Below, one piece after another: positions 41,776 through 49,809 of a stretch of DNA of 64,000 nucleotides. The first letter of the stretch is position 1. Each line of letters starts with the position of its first letter. Below the pieces are notes generated by a model that was given only the letters and a program-made list of their open reading frames with translations, did no database searches and was not told the DNA's origin. The stretch spans positions 5,029-69,028 of the forward strand of contig JAACAK010000113.1 of NCBI GenBank assembly GCA_011774835.1, in the 5' to 3' direction. The translations under genes were made by a program, and so were the position numbers. This stretch comes from Candidatus Kutchimonas denitrificans (GTDB lineage: Bacteria > Gemmatimonadota > Gemmatimonadetes > Palauibacterales > KS3-K002).

Positions 41776-42771
41776 ATGTCGCGGGGCGAGGAACGCGGTG
41801 GCGACGGTGGCGACGGTGGCGACGGGGGCGGCGGCGAGCTGACGGCTGGCGTTCGCTACATGCTGGCCAGCGCCTTCTTTTTCAGCCTGATGAGCCTGCA
41901 GGTCAAGCTGGCTGGCCGGGGGCTGCCGAGCCAGGAGGTGGTGTTGGCCCGCGGCGTGGTGACGCTGGTTCTCAGCTACGGGCTCGTGAGGCGGGCCGGC
42001 CTGTATCCCTGGGGCCGCCGCCGCTGGATCCTCATCCTTCGCGGCGCCCTCGGCTTCGGGGCCCTTTCCTGCTTCTATTTCGCCCTCACCCGGCTGCCGA
42101 TCGCCGAGGCGACGGTCCTGCACTTCACCAACCCGTTGTGGACCGCGCTCCTGGCCGCGCTCTTTCTGGGCGAGCGGCTCCACCGCTGGGTCGTGGGTCC
42201 CATCCTCGTGAGCTTCGCGGGCGTGCTGCTGATCACGCGCCCGGGGCTGCTGTTCGGGGGCGCGGCGGCGGCGATCGATCCGCTGGGTGTGGGGGTGGCC
42301 CTGGTGGGCGCCCTGCTGAGCGCGGGCGCCTACGTGGCGGTCCGGGAGGCGGTGAAGACCGAGCACCCGCTGGTGGTCGTCTTCTTCTTTCCCCTGGTCA
42401 CGGTCCCCGCGACGCTGCCCTTCGTTTCGAACTTCGTCTGGCCCACCGGGCTGGAGTGGCTGTGGCTGATCGGGGTCGGGGTGAGCACGCAGATCGCACA
42501 GGTGTATCTGACGCGCGGGCTGAGCCTGGTCCCCGCCGGCCGGGCGATGGCGATCGGCTATTCGCAGATCGTGTTCGTGACCGTCTGGGGTCTTCTATTC
42601 CTGGGGGAGTACCTGAGCGTCTGGAGCGTGGCGGGATCGCTGCTGGTGGTGGCCGGGACGCTGGCGGTAGCGATGCGACGCCGCATGGCGTTGCCGGGGG
42701 CGGCGCACACCGAACATCCGGGCTACACCGACTCGGACGAACGCGACGCGCGGCCCGCCGCGACGGACTGA
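41776..42771 (+). CDS. EamA/DMT-superfamily transporter
   Basis: About 10 TM helices with duplicated EamA pattern. Gly/Asp-rich N-terminal tail; the start is uncertain. Confidence 0.75.
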   Translation: MSRGEERGGDGGDGGDGGGGELTAGVRYMLASAFFFSLMSLQVKLAGRGLPSQEVVLARGVVTLVLSYGLVRRAGLYPWGRRRWILILRGALGFGALSCFYFALTRLPIAEATVLHFTNPLWTALLAALFLGERLHRWVVGPILVSFAGVLLITRPGLLFGGAAAAIDPLGVGVALVGALLSAGAYVAVREAVKTEHPLVVVFFFPLVTVPATLPFVSNFVWPTGLEWLWLIGVGVSTQIAQVYLTRGLSLVPAGRAMAIGYSQIVFVTVWGLLFLGEYLSVWSVAGSLLVVAGTLAVAMRRRMALPGAAHTEHPGYTDSDERDARPAATD

Positions 42772-42783
42772 GAGAGCTCTGGT

Positions 42784-43575
42784 TTATTCCGCGTCCGGCT
42801 TCAGCGCGGTCATCATCACCGCCTTGACCCCGAAAGCCTCGGCGGAATTCTGTGTCGACTCCTTGCGGAACCGAAAGCCCGGCACGGGCGCCGAGCGGAC
42901 ACGGGTGAAGCCAGCTTCTTCCAGCAGCCGGAACATCTCTCCTTCCAGGAGAGCGCCGCCGATTCAGCTGGCCCAGAGCTTGGGGTCGTTGACGATCGAC
43001 TGCGAGAGCTGCTTGGCGCTCACGATGTCGGTGATCGAGATCCGGCCGCCCGGCTTCAGGACGCGGAACATCTCCTCGATCACGCGGCGCTTGCGGAACG
43101 AAAGATTGATGACGCCGTTCGAGATCACCACATCGACGGAGGCGTCAGGGAGCGGGATGTCCTCCATGCGGCCTTCGTGGCATTCCATCGACGTGCCCGT
43201 CGTGGCCGCGTGAGCCTGCGCCTTGAGGCACATGGCAGGATTCAGGTCGATCCCGATCACCTTGCCGGTCGGACCCACGCTCCGGGAAGCGATGATCGGG
43301 TCCAGGCCGGCCCCGCTACCCAGGTCGAGCACGGTCTCGCCCGCTTGCAGGTTCGCCCGCTCGTGCGGGTTCCCGACCCCGGCGAACGACTCCACGGCGC
43401 CGGGGGGCGCCTCATCGAGCCATTCGGGCCTGTACTCGAAGAGCTCCGCCGCCTCCCGGCCGTGGAAGAAGTGGAACTCGGCGTCCGGGTTGTCCGCGAC
43501 CTCCTGGTACATGCGGACGATCTCGTCCTTGAGCTGGGCCTCCAGAGAGGCCTGAGCCTCGACGGCGTCGGTCAT
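42784..43575 (-). CDS. ArsM/UbiE-like SAM-dependent methyltransferase with in-frame TGA (42964-42966) read as selenocysteine (candidate selenoprotein)
   Basis: SAM motif 'VLDLGSGAGLD'. '...DPKLWAS[TGA]IGGALLEGEMFRLLEEAGF...' aligns with 'EAWSGCLAGALHEDEYRTKLAGAGF' of the ArsM gene at 54678. The frame stays open with coding-like codon bias to the TAA at 42784-42786. The start is the ATG at 43575 or 43587; the ORF-track version (42964..43689) is truncated at the TGA. Confidence 0.65.
42937..42953 (-). promoter_or_regulatory. SECIS-like hairpin 10 nt downstream of the in-frame UGA
   Basis: The mRNA reads CUCUCCU-GGA-AGGAGAG, a 7-bp perfect stem with a G-containing apical loop. The loop starts about 21 nt from the U of the UGA. 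Confidence 0.45.
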
Positions 43576-43729
43576 GGCTATCCCCATAACGAGAGTTTGA
43601 TTTGCCACCGAGCTAGTGGGTGGGACGGTGGCATCCGGCCGCGGTGCGGCGGTCAGCCAGCCGGGCCGAGCGGACCGGAGCGCAAACAACTTACCCGGTA
43701 AATGGCGGTTGGCAAGAACCCCGCGCCGC

Positions 43730-44239
43730 TCACCGGGACGGCACCGGTGCCCAGTTGCGCAGGGCGCTCGTCAACAAGCACAGGGCTGCGAGGAGGAGGA
43801 CCGGGGCGGAGTAAGTGCCGGGAACCACTCTGCCGAAATAGAGCGAGCCCAGAACATGCCCCGCTGCGTTCAATATCATGAGGATCGACAGAAAAAGCGC
43901 CGCGGGTCTGAGCCAGGACGCGCGACGGAAGGCGAACGGGGAAAGCGCGAACAGCAGTAGCAGGCCGAGGATGAGACCGGTGAGCCAGACGCCGGTCGAG
44001 AATGCGGGGAGAGGCAGGAACGGCAGGCGGCCGCGTACGGCGACAGCGATCGGATTCCACGTCGCGAGGAAATCGTGCAGCGCCTCATCGACGACGTGGA
44101 GCGCGAGGGCCGAAGCGAGAAAGACCCACGCGGGTCCCGGATCCGTCAGACGGGCGAGCCAGGGCGATCGCATCTCAGGCGACATGCACTCAGCGAGACG
44201 GGCTTTTGGTCGACCGGCAAACGGATGCCCGAGGGCCAC
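43730..44239 (-). CDS. Integral membrane protein (HXXEE-like 'HVVDEALHDF'), unknown function
   Basis: Four or five hydrophobic helices. Same strand as the cupin gene, 23 nt downstream of it. Start uncertain. Confidence 0.5.
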   Translation of the reverse strand: MALGHPFAGRPKARLAECMSPEMRSPWLARLTDPGPAWVFLASALALHVVDEALHDFLATWNPIAVAVRGRLPFLPLPAFSTGVWLTGLILGLLLLFALSPFAFRRASWLRPAALFLSILMILNAAGHVLGSLYFGRVVPGTYSAPVLLLAALCLLTSALRNWAPVPSR

Positions 44240-44262
44240 CGTTTGCCGGTCACGAGCGTTCG

Positions 44263-44625
44263 CTAGATCCGTTCCGGGTCAGGAACCGTTCGTTCGTTCT
44301 TCAGATTGCCGGTATTGAGGGTCGAGCCCGGCTCGAACAGCAGAACGTGCACTTCTTCCGGCGCCACCGGCAGGTGCTCCACCCCCCGTGGGATGACCAC
44401 GAGCTCTCCCTCGTCGAGCCAGATGTCCCGGTCGCGCAGCTTGATGCAGAGCCGACCTTTGACGACCAGGAAGAGCTCGTCCTCGTCATCGTGATGGTGC
44501 CATTCGAACTCACCCTCCAGCTTGGCGAGCTTCACCTGGTAGTCGCCGATGTCGCCGACGACCTTGGGGCTCCAGCGCTCGTCAAACGCGGCGAACTTCT
44601 CCGCCAGGTTCACCTTACCGATCAC
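44263..44625 (-). CDS. Cupin-domain protein
   Basis: 'EFEWHHHDDEDELFLVVKGRLCI...GELVVIPRGVEH' contains the cupin motifs. The GTG at 44625 is preceded by GGAG and overlaps the rhodanese gene end by 11 nt. Confidence 0.75.
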   Translation of the reverse strand: MIGKVNLAEKFAAFDERWSPKVVGDIGDYQVKLAKLEGEFEWHHHDDEDELFLVVKGRLCIKLRDRDIWLDEGELVVIPRGVEHLPVAPEEVHVLLFEPGSTLNTGNLKNERTVPDPERI

Positions 44626-46390
44626 GGTCGCTCCGTTGTGAGGCGGCCACCTCGATCGGCAGCGATTCGATCGCCGACCAGTCGGTCCACGAGGGGAAGT
44701 AGACATCCACGTTGGCGTAGCCGAGCAGGTTCCGCAACGCGAAGTAGACGTGGCTCGCTTCGGTGCCGGTGTTGCAGTACAGGATGACGTGCTTGTCCGG
44801 TGTGATCCCCTGCGCCTCGTAGCTGGCGCGCAGCTCGTCCAGCGGCTTCCAGATCCGGGTCGACCCGCTCGCCATCAGATCGCTGCTCCAGACGTGGTTC
44901 ACCGCGCCGGGGATGTGTCCGCGGCGCATCTGATGGCCCGCGCGACCGGCGTACTGAGCTTCGGGCCTAACGTCGACGATGACCATCCGGTCTTCGTCCA
45001 GCGAATACTCGACCAGCCGCCGGGTCGCCCGGTCGGGGCGGAACCCGTCGGCGGCGAACGACGTCTCTTCGATCGCCGGGTAGGCCCTGGCCGTCGGCCG
45101 ATCTTCGGCGAGCCACTTCTCGTAGCCGCCGTCCAGCAGGTAGACCTCGGTGTGGCCGAAGCCGTTGAGGATCCAGGCGAGAAACGTGGCGTCGAAGTTC
45201 GCGCCGGCGGCGTTCGAGTAGATCACGACCGGCCGCTCCAGCGAGAGGCCGTTCCGTGAGAAGAGGGCCGCGTACGACTCGGCGGACAGGATGTCCGCCG
45301 GCACGCCGCGGTTAGTTGCCCGGAGGTTCTCGTAGTGCAGGTAGATGGCGCCGGGAATGTGCCCCTCGAGATACCCGACGAAGTCGGACCGCAGGTCGAC
45401 GATGCTGACGGCCTCGTCGCCGGCCAGCAGTGCGGCCAGCTCGTTGGTGGAGATCAGCCTGGAAAAGTCCTCGACCGCGGGGCGTGCCACCGCCAGTTGC
45501 GGCCGGTTGCTCCACTCCTGGAACGAGCCGTCGTACACCCGGGCATCGTAGCCCAGCAGCCGTGCGGCGAACCAGACGAGGGTCGCCTGCTGACCGATAT
45601 GGCAGTAGGTGACCACTTGGTCGCCGCGATTGGCGCCGGCGGCGATGAACATCCCGCGCAGCGTCTCGAGGTCCTTGAACCTGTCCGTCTCCTCGTCGAC
45701 GATGGTGACGTACGGGATGTTGGCGGCGCCGGGGATGTGCCCGGCCCGGGGCATGCCGTGGCCGCCGCGGGTGCCGCGGTAGTAGTGGGACGTTCGGGCG
45801 TCGATGACAGCCACGCCGTCGTCGTCCAGACGGTCGGCCAGCCAGTCGGCCTGGGCGATCAGTGCCGGTCGGGGGCGCGGCGTGATGGAGCCGCGGGACG
45901 CGGCCGTCGGGACGTCGCGGCTAACCGGGTGACCCGCCGCCCGCCAGGCATCGATGCCGCCGTCGAGAACGGAAGTGCGAGCGCCGAGACCGAGGTACTC
46001 GAGCGTCAGGTACACGCGGGTCGTGAGGGTAACCCAGCCATCGGCGAAGTAGAGGACGATGCGGGAGTCGTCGGATACCCCGAGCTCCTCGAACGCCGAC
46101 CGCAGCTGGTCGACGGGCGGCATCTCGAGTCTGAGACCCTCGTCGGATGATTGGGAGATCGCCGAATACAGGACGTAGCGCGCTCCCGGGATGTGCGCTC
46201 CCTCGTAGCGTTCCCGGTTGCCGAGGTGCAGCAGGACGAGGTTCTCGTCGTCGAGGTGCTCGGCCAGCCAGTCGACGCTCACGACCATATCGGCACGACC
46301 CTCATCGACCTGCGCGCCTGCGGCCGAAGGGCCGACGAGGATCGCGAGGGAGAGTCCGAGCACGATGGCGGGGATAGGATGCTTACGCAT
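44615..46390 (-). CDS. Exported four-domain rhodanese-like sulfurtransferase (two inactive+active tandems)
   Basis: Signal peptide 'AIVLGLSLAILVGPSAAGAQ'. Active-site loops 'YCHIGQQAT' and 'YCNTGTEAS'. The two other domains have non-Cys loops ('YFADGWVT', 'YSNAAGAN'). Confidence 0.85.
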   Translation of the reverse strand: MRKHPIPAIVLGLSLAILVGPSAAGAQVDEGRADMVVSVDWLAEHLDDENLVLLHLGNRERYEGAHIPGARYVLYSAISQSSDEGLRLEMPPVDQLRSAFEELGVSDDSRIVLYFADGWVTLTTRVYLTLEYLGLGARTSVLDGGIDAWRAAGHPVSRDVPTAASRGSITPRPRPALIAQADWLADRLDDDGVAVIDARTSHYYRGTRGGHGMPRAGHIPGAANIPYVTIVDEETDRFKDLETLRGMFIAAGANRGDQVVTYCHIGQQATLVWFAARLLGYDARVYDGSFQEWSNRPQLAVARPAVEDFSRLISTNELAALLAGDEAVSIVDLRSDFVGYLEGHIPGAIYLHYENLRATNRGVPADILSAESYAALFSRNGLSLERPVVIYSNAAGANFDATFLAWILNGFGHTEVYLLDGGYEKWLAEDRPTARAYPAIEETSFAADGFRPDRATRRLVEYSLDEDRMVIVDVRPEAQYAGRAGHQMRRGHIPGAVNHVWSSDLMASGSTRIWKPLDELRASYEAQGITPDKHVILYCNTGTEASHVYFALRNLLGYANVDVYFPSWTDWSAIESLPIEVAASQRSDRDR

Positions 46391-46417
46391 GGTTGGGGCT
46401 CCTTCGGCTGTCGTTGT

Positions 46418-49096
46418 TCACTCGGTTCTGAGTGTCATCATGGGATCGATGGCGGTGATGCGCCGGGCCGGCACGTAGCAGGCGGCCAACGCGACGACCA
46501 CTGCCAGGCCCGCCACGAAGATCAGCGTCAGCGGGTCCTGCGGCGGCGTCTGGAAGAGCATGTCGGAGAGAAATCGGCTCAAGACGAGGGCCGCCGGCAC
46601 GCCAATGCCGAGCCCGATGGCGATCAAGATCAGCGCCCGGCGCAGCACCAGCCACAGGATGGTCTCGCGGCGGGCGCCCAGCGCGATGCGGATCCCCAGC
46701 TCGTGGGTGCGCTGGCCGACGGCGTAGGCGATCACGCCGGCGATACCGGTGGCGGTGATCACCAGCGCGATGACCGCGAACACGCCCATGAGCAGCATGG
46801 TGATCCTTGGCGCCGCCATCGACTCGCGCCGGGCGCTGGCCAGGGTTCGCACGTCGACCACGGCTTGCGTGGGATCGATCGCGTGAACGAGGGCGTGGAT
46901 CGTGTCGGCCAATTGGGTGGGATCCCAGCGATTGCGTGCGACGAGCCTGAAGTCACGCCAGCCGGTAGTCTCGAACGGGAGATAGACGACCTCCGGTGCC
47001 TCGCTGTCGAGCCCGTAGTGTCGCACGTCGCCCGCGATTCCCACGATGTCCAGCCAATGCACGCAGACCGCGTTTTCCCAATCCCAGCAGATCTGGCGGC
47101 CGATGGCTTCCTGGTCGCCGAAGTGGCGCTCGGCCAGCGTCTGGCTGACGACCGCCTCCTCGGGCTCCTCGTCGGGGCGCTGTCGATTGAACAGGCGCCC
47201 ATGGACCAGCGGGACGCCGATCGTCTGCAGGTAACCGCGGCTGACGGCCTGAAAGTCGACGCGGGGGAGCGAGTTGAAGCTCACAGCCTCCGGCCATGCT
47301 TCCACCTGGAGCGGGAAGCGAGTGGGTCCTTGCCCCGAAAGGGGAACCTTGTTGCCCACGCCGGCCGCCGTGACGCCCGGCAGGGCCTCGACGCGCCGCA
47401 GCAGACTGTCGGCGAACGCGCCGACTCGTGCGTCCTCTCGGTAGTTCGACCAGTCGAGGCTGATCCGCGCCGCCAGCACGTTCTCGGCCCGGAACCCGGG
47501 ATCGACCTGCTGCAGCCTGACGAAGCTGCGGATCAGCAGGCCGGCCCCGACGAGCAGCACGATGGAGACGGCCAGCTGCCCCACCACCAGCGTGCTGCGC
47601 GTGCGGAGGCCGCCCCGCTGGCTGGCGACGCCGCCGTCGCGCAGACGATCCATCGGCCGCGCCCGATCGGGCAGCGCGGGCAGGAGGCCGAGGACGAGGG
47701 CAGTGGCGAGCGAGACCCCGAGGGTGAACAGGAGCACGGTGCTGTCGATGCGGATCTCCGCCGCCCGGGTGGTGAAGCGGGCCACGAACGACACGAGCAG
47801 GCCCAGCGTCGCCCAGGCCAGGAGGACGGCGAGGGCGCCGCCGCTGATCGCCAGGGTCGTGCCCTCGGCCAGCAGCTGGCGAAAGAGCCGGCCGCGCCAG
47901 GCGCCCAGCGCCGTACGGATCGCCATCTCGCGGCCGCGTCCGGCCAGACGCGCCAGCCCCAGGTTGGCCACGTTCGCGCAGACGATCAGCAGCAGAAATC
48001 CCGTGATGCCGATGAGCACCAGGAGCCGCGTCCGCGCGCCGCTGACCAGTCGCTCCCGCAGCGGAACCGCTTCGCTTCGGACCAGACCGGAAACTTCGTA
48101 GAGGTCGGGGTGGCTCTGTTGGATGCGTGCGGTGCTTTTCGAGAGGTCTTCCCGCGCGGTTTCCAGGCTGGTGGATTCCTCGAGGCGGGCGAAGAGGTCG
48201 ATGCCGCGCTGGTCGCGATCCTCGGCCCAGTCGACGTCGGTGCGGAAGGGGCACGACGAGACGGGCATGTAGACATCGTTCTCCACCGGATACTGGGGGA
48301 CCGGCGGCAGGACGCCCACGACCGTGTGCGTGCGGTCGTTCATCTCCAGCTCGCGCCCGACCACGCCCGGGTTTCCGTCGAACTCCCTTTGCCAGAAGTC
48401 GTGGCTCAGGACCAGCACCGGGTCGGCGCCTATTTCATCCTCGCCAAGCAGGAAGGTGCGACCCAACAGCGGCTCGATACCGAACAGGTCGAAGTAGTTG
48501 TCCGAGACGACGCCGGTGGACACCCGCTTCGGTCGTTCGAGGCCCAGCAGCGTGAAGGACATCGAGTGATACTCGACCATCCCCTGAAAGGAGTCGTCCA
48601 ACCGCCGATAGTCCTCGATCTCGGGCGGCGAGAATCCGGCCGAGATGGGTGTCGAATCGCCGGTGATCTGGTCCAGGTGCACTAGCCGGTCGCCGTCCTC
48701 GTACGGCAGCGGGCGAATGAGCACCCCGTTCACCAGGCTGAAGGTGGCCGTGTTGGCCCCGATGCCCAGCGCCAGGGAGATGAGCACCGCCGCCGTGTAG
48801 CCCGGGCTCTTGCGCAGCGAGCGGACGGCGAAACGGAGGTCCTGGCCTAGGTCCCGGAGCGCATCGGCGGCCCGCAAGACGAGGGCGCGCCGCCGACGAA
48901 TCTGGCGGCACTCGGACGCGATCTCGTCCACGTCGCCGAACGCCGCCCGCGCCGCCTGCATCGCCTCGGCCGGCGGAAGCCCTTCACGCTCGAACTCCTC
49001 CGCTCGCATCTCCAGATGGAAGCGGATCTCGGCGTCGACGTCGCGTGTAACGCCGACCTTGCCGAAGCTGAGCCGCAATATCCGCTTCATCTCCAT
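46418..49096 (-). CDS. ADOP-family duplicated FtsX/MacB-type ABC permease
   Basis: N-terminal 'EIRFHLEMRAEEFEREGLPPAEAMQAARAAFGDV...LRFAVRSLRKSPGYTA', followed by two MacB_PCD+FtsX halves. It lies downstream of padR, the usual arrangement. Confidence 0.9.
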   Translation of the reverse strand: MEMKRILRLSFGKVGVTRDVDAEIRFHLEMRAEEFEREGLPPAEAMQAARAAFGDVDEIASECRQIRRRRALVLRAADALRDLGQDLRFAVRSLRKSPGYTAAVLISLALGIGANTATFSLVNGVLIRPLPYEDGDRLVHLDQITGDSTPISAGFSPPEIEDYRRLDDSFQGMVEYHSMSFTLLGLERPKRVSTGVVSDNYFDLFGIEPLLGRTFLLGEDEIGADPVLVLSHDFWQREFDGNPGVVGRELEMNDRTHTVVGVLPPVPQYPVENDVYMPVSSCPFRTDVDWAEDRDQRGIDLFARLEESTSLETAREDLSKSTARIQQSHPDLYEVSGLVRSEAVPLRERLVSGARTRLLVLIGITGFLLLIVCANVANLGLARLAGRGREMAIRTALGAWRGRLFRQLLAEGTTLAISGGALAVLLAWATLGLLVSFVARFTTRAAEIRIDSTVLLFTLGVSLATALVLGLLPALPDRARPMDRLRDGGVASQRGGLRTRSTLVVGQLAVSIVLLVGAGLLIRSFVRLQQVDPGFRAENVLAARISLDWSNYREDARVGAFADSLLRRVEALPGVTAAGVGNKVPLSGQGPTRFPLQVEAWPEAVSFNSLPRVDFQAVSRGYLQTIGVPLVHGRLFNRQRPDEEPEEAVVSQTLAERHFGDQEAIGRQICWDWENAVCVHWLDIVGIAGDVRHYGLDSEAPEVVYLPFETTGWRDFRLVARNRWDPTQLADTIHALVHAIDPTQAVVDVRTLASARRESMAAPRITMLLMGVFAVIALVITATGIAGVIAYAVGQRTHELGIRIALGARRETILWLVLRRALILIAIGLGIGVPAALVLSRFLSDMLFQTPPQDPLTLIFVAGLAVVVALAACYVPARRITAIDPMMTLRTE

Positions 49097-49115
49097 CGCT
49101 GTCGTCTCTCGCTCC

Positions 49116-49448
49116 TCACGCCGACGACGCGCTCAGCACGGCCGTCACCGCCTGGGAGTACTTCTTCCAACGAACGATCTCCGCCTTGAGCTGCCGCCGG
49201 CCCGCCGCCGTCAGCTTGTAGAACTTCGCCTTTCGGTTCGTCTCGGTGACGCCCCACTCCTCCGACAAGAGCCCCTTCTTCTCCAGCCGGTGAAGGGCCG
49301 GGTAGAGCGCGCCCTCGTTGATCTCCAGCGCGTCGTCGGAGTTCTGCCGGATCCAGCGGCCGATGCCGTACCCGTGCATGGCCCCCCAGCTCACCGCTTT
49401 GAGGATCATCGTGTCCAGCGTTCCGGTATACAGATCGCTCCCAGCCAA
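49116..49448 (-). CDS. PadR-family transcriptional regulator
   Basis: 'GTLDTMILKAVSWGAMHGYGIGRWI...EGALYPALHRLEKKGLL...KFYKLTAAGR'. The TTG at 49448 with AAGAGGAG 8 nt upstream is preferred, because the 23 codons upstream have low GC3. The ORF-track start is 49517. Confidence 0.85.
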   Translation of the reverse strand: MAGSDLYTGTLDTMILKAVSWGAMHGYGIGRWIRQNSDDALEINEGALYPALHRLEKKGLLSEEWGVTETNRKAKFYKLTAAGRRQLKAEIVRWKKYSQAVTAVLSASSA

Positions 49449-49549
49449 AACCGTTTCTCCTCTTGCTGAACCTGCCCCAGTCCCTGCGTACGAATGACGG
49501 ACAAGATAGGGAGTCATACCTCAGTGGTCAAGGTATTGCTGGTTTAGGC

Positions 49550-49700
49550 AAAGCGAACTTGGAAGTTGGGCGATGGACGTTGAGCACTCGACTTGACCAT
49601 TCAGGTCTGGCCATTGGGCATTCGGAATGGGCAATGTCAAACACCCAATCGTCAAGGCGAGCCTTCAACGCCCATCGCCCAACTTTCAACTTCCAGGTTT
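49550..49700. repeat. Repeat family 2, copy A: ~150-bp imperfect palindrome
   Basis: ggaagttgggcgatggacgttgag..ctcgacttgac ... gtcaaggcgagccttcaacgcccatcgcccaactttcaacttcc. Conserved core gggcatt..gcaatgtcaaac.ccc.aatcgtcaag. A second copy lies at 53187-53341. Confidence 0.85.
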
Positions 49701-49809
49701 CGTTGGAGGAGAGACGGCCGGAGAGATGTGCGGCGCTAGACCAAAGGTGTCCGCTAGGTTATTTTGCGTGCCGCCCCGTACCAGAATCTACGAATCAGGA
49801 GGCCGAATC

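Noticed and set aside
42964-42966. The TGA in the methyltransferase taken as a genuine stop or a pseudogenising nonsense mutation
   Set aside because: Not fully excluded, but less likely. The codon falls exactly on the conserved Cys column, the downstream 59 codons remain intact and homologous, and a hairpin sits at SECIS distance. A truncated enzyme would lack the conserved C-terminal segment.
42824-43213. 129-aa plus-strand ORF covering the region downstream of the methyltransferase TGA
   Set aside because: It is antisense to a frame that aligns residue-by-residue with the C-terminus of the ArsM paralogue. It has no motifs of its own.
46151-48685. 844-aa ORF antisense to the ADOP permease
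   Set aside because: Shadow ORF, Asp/Arg/Gly/His-rich. The minus strand encodes the recognisable duplicated FtsX permease.
49449-49517. ATG at 49517 as the padR start
   Set aside because: The 23 upstream codons have low GC3 and the SD is mis-spaced. The TTG at 49448 has AAGAGGAG at 8 nt and gives the usual ~110-aa PadR.
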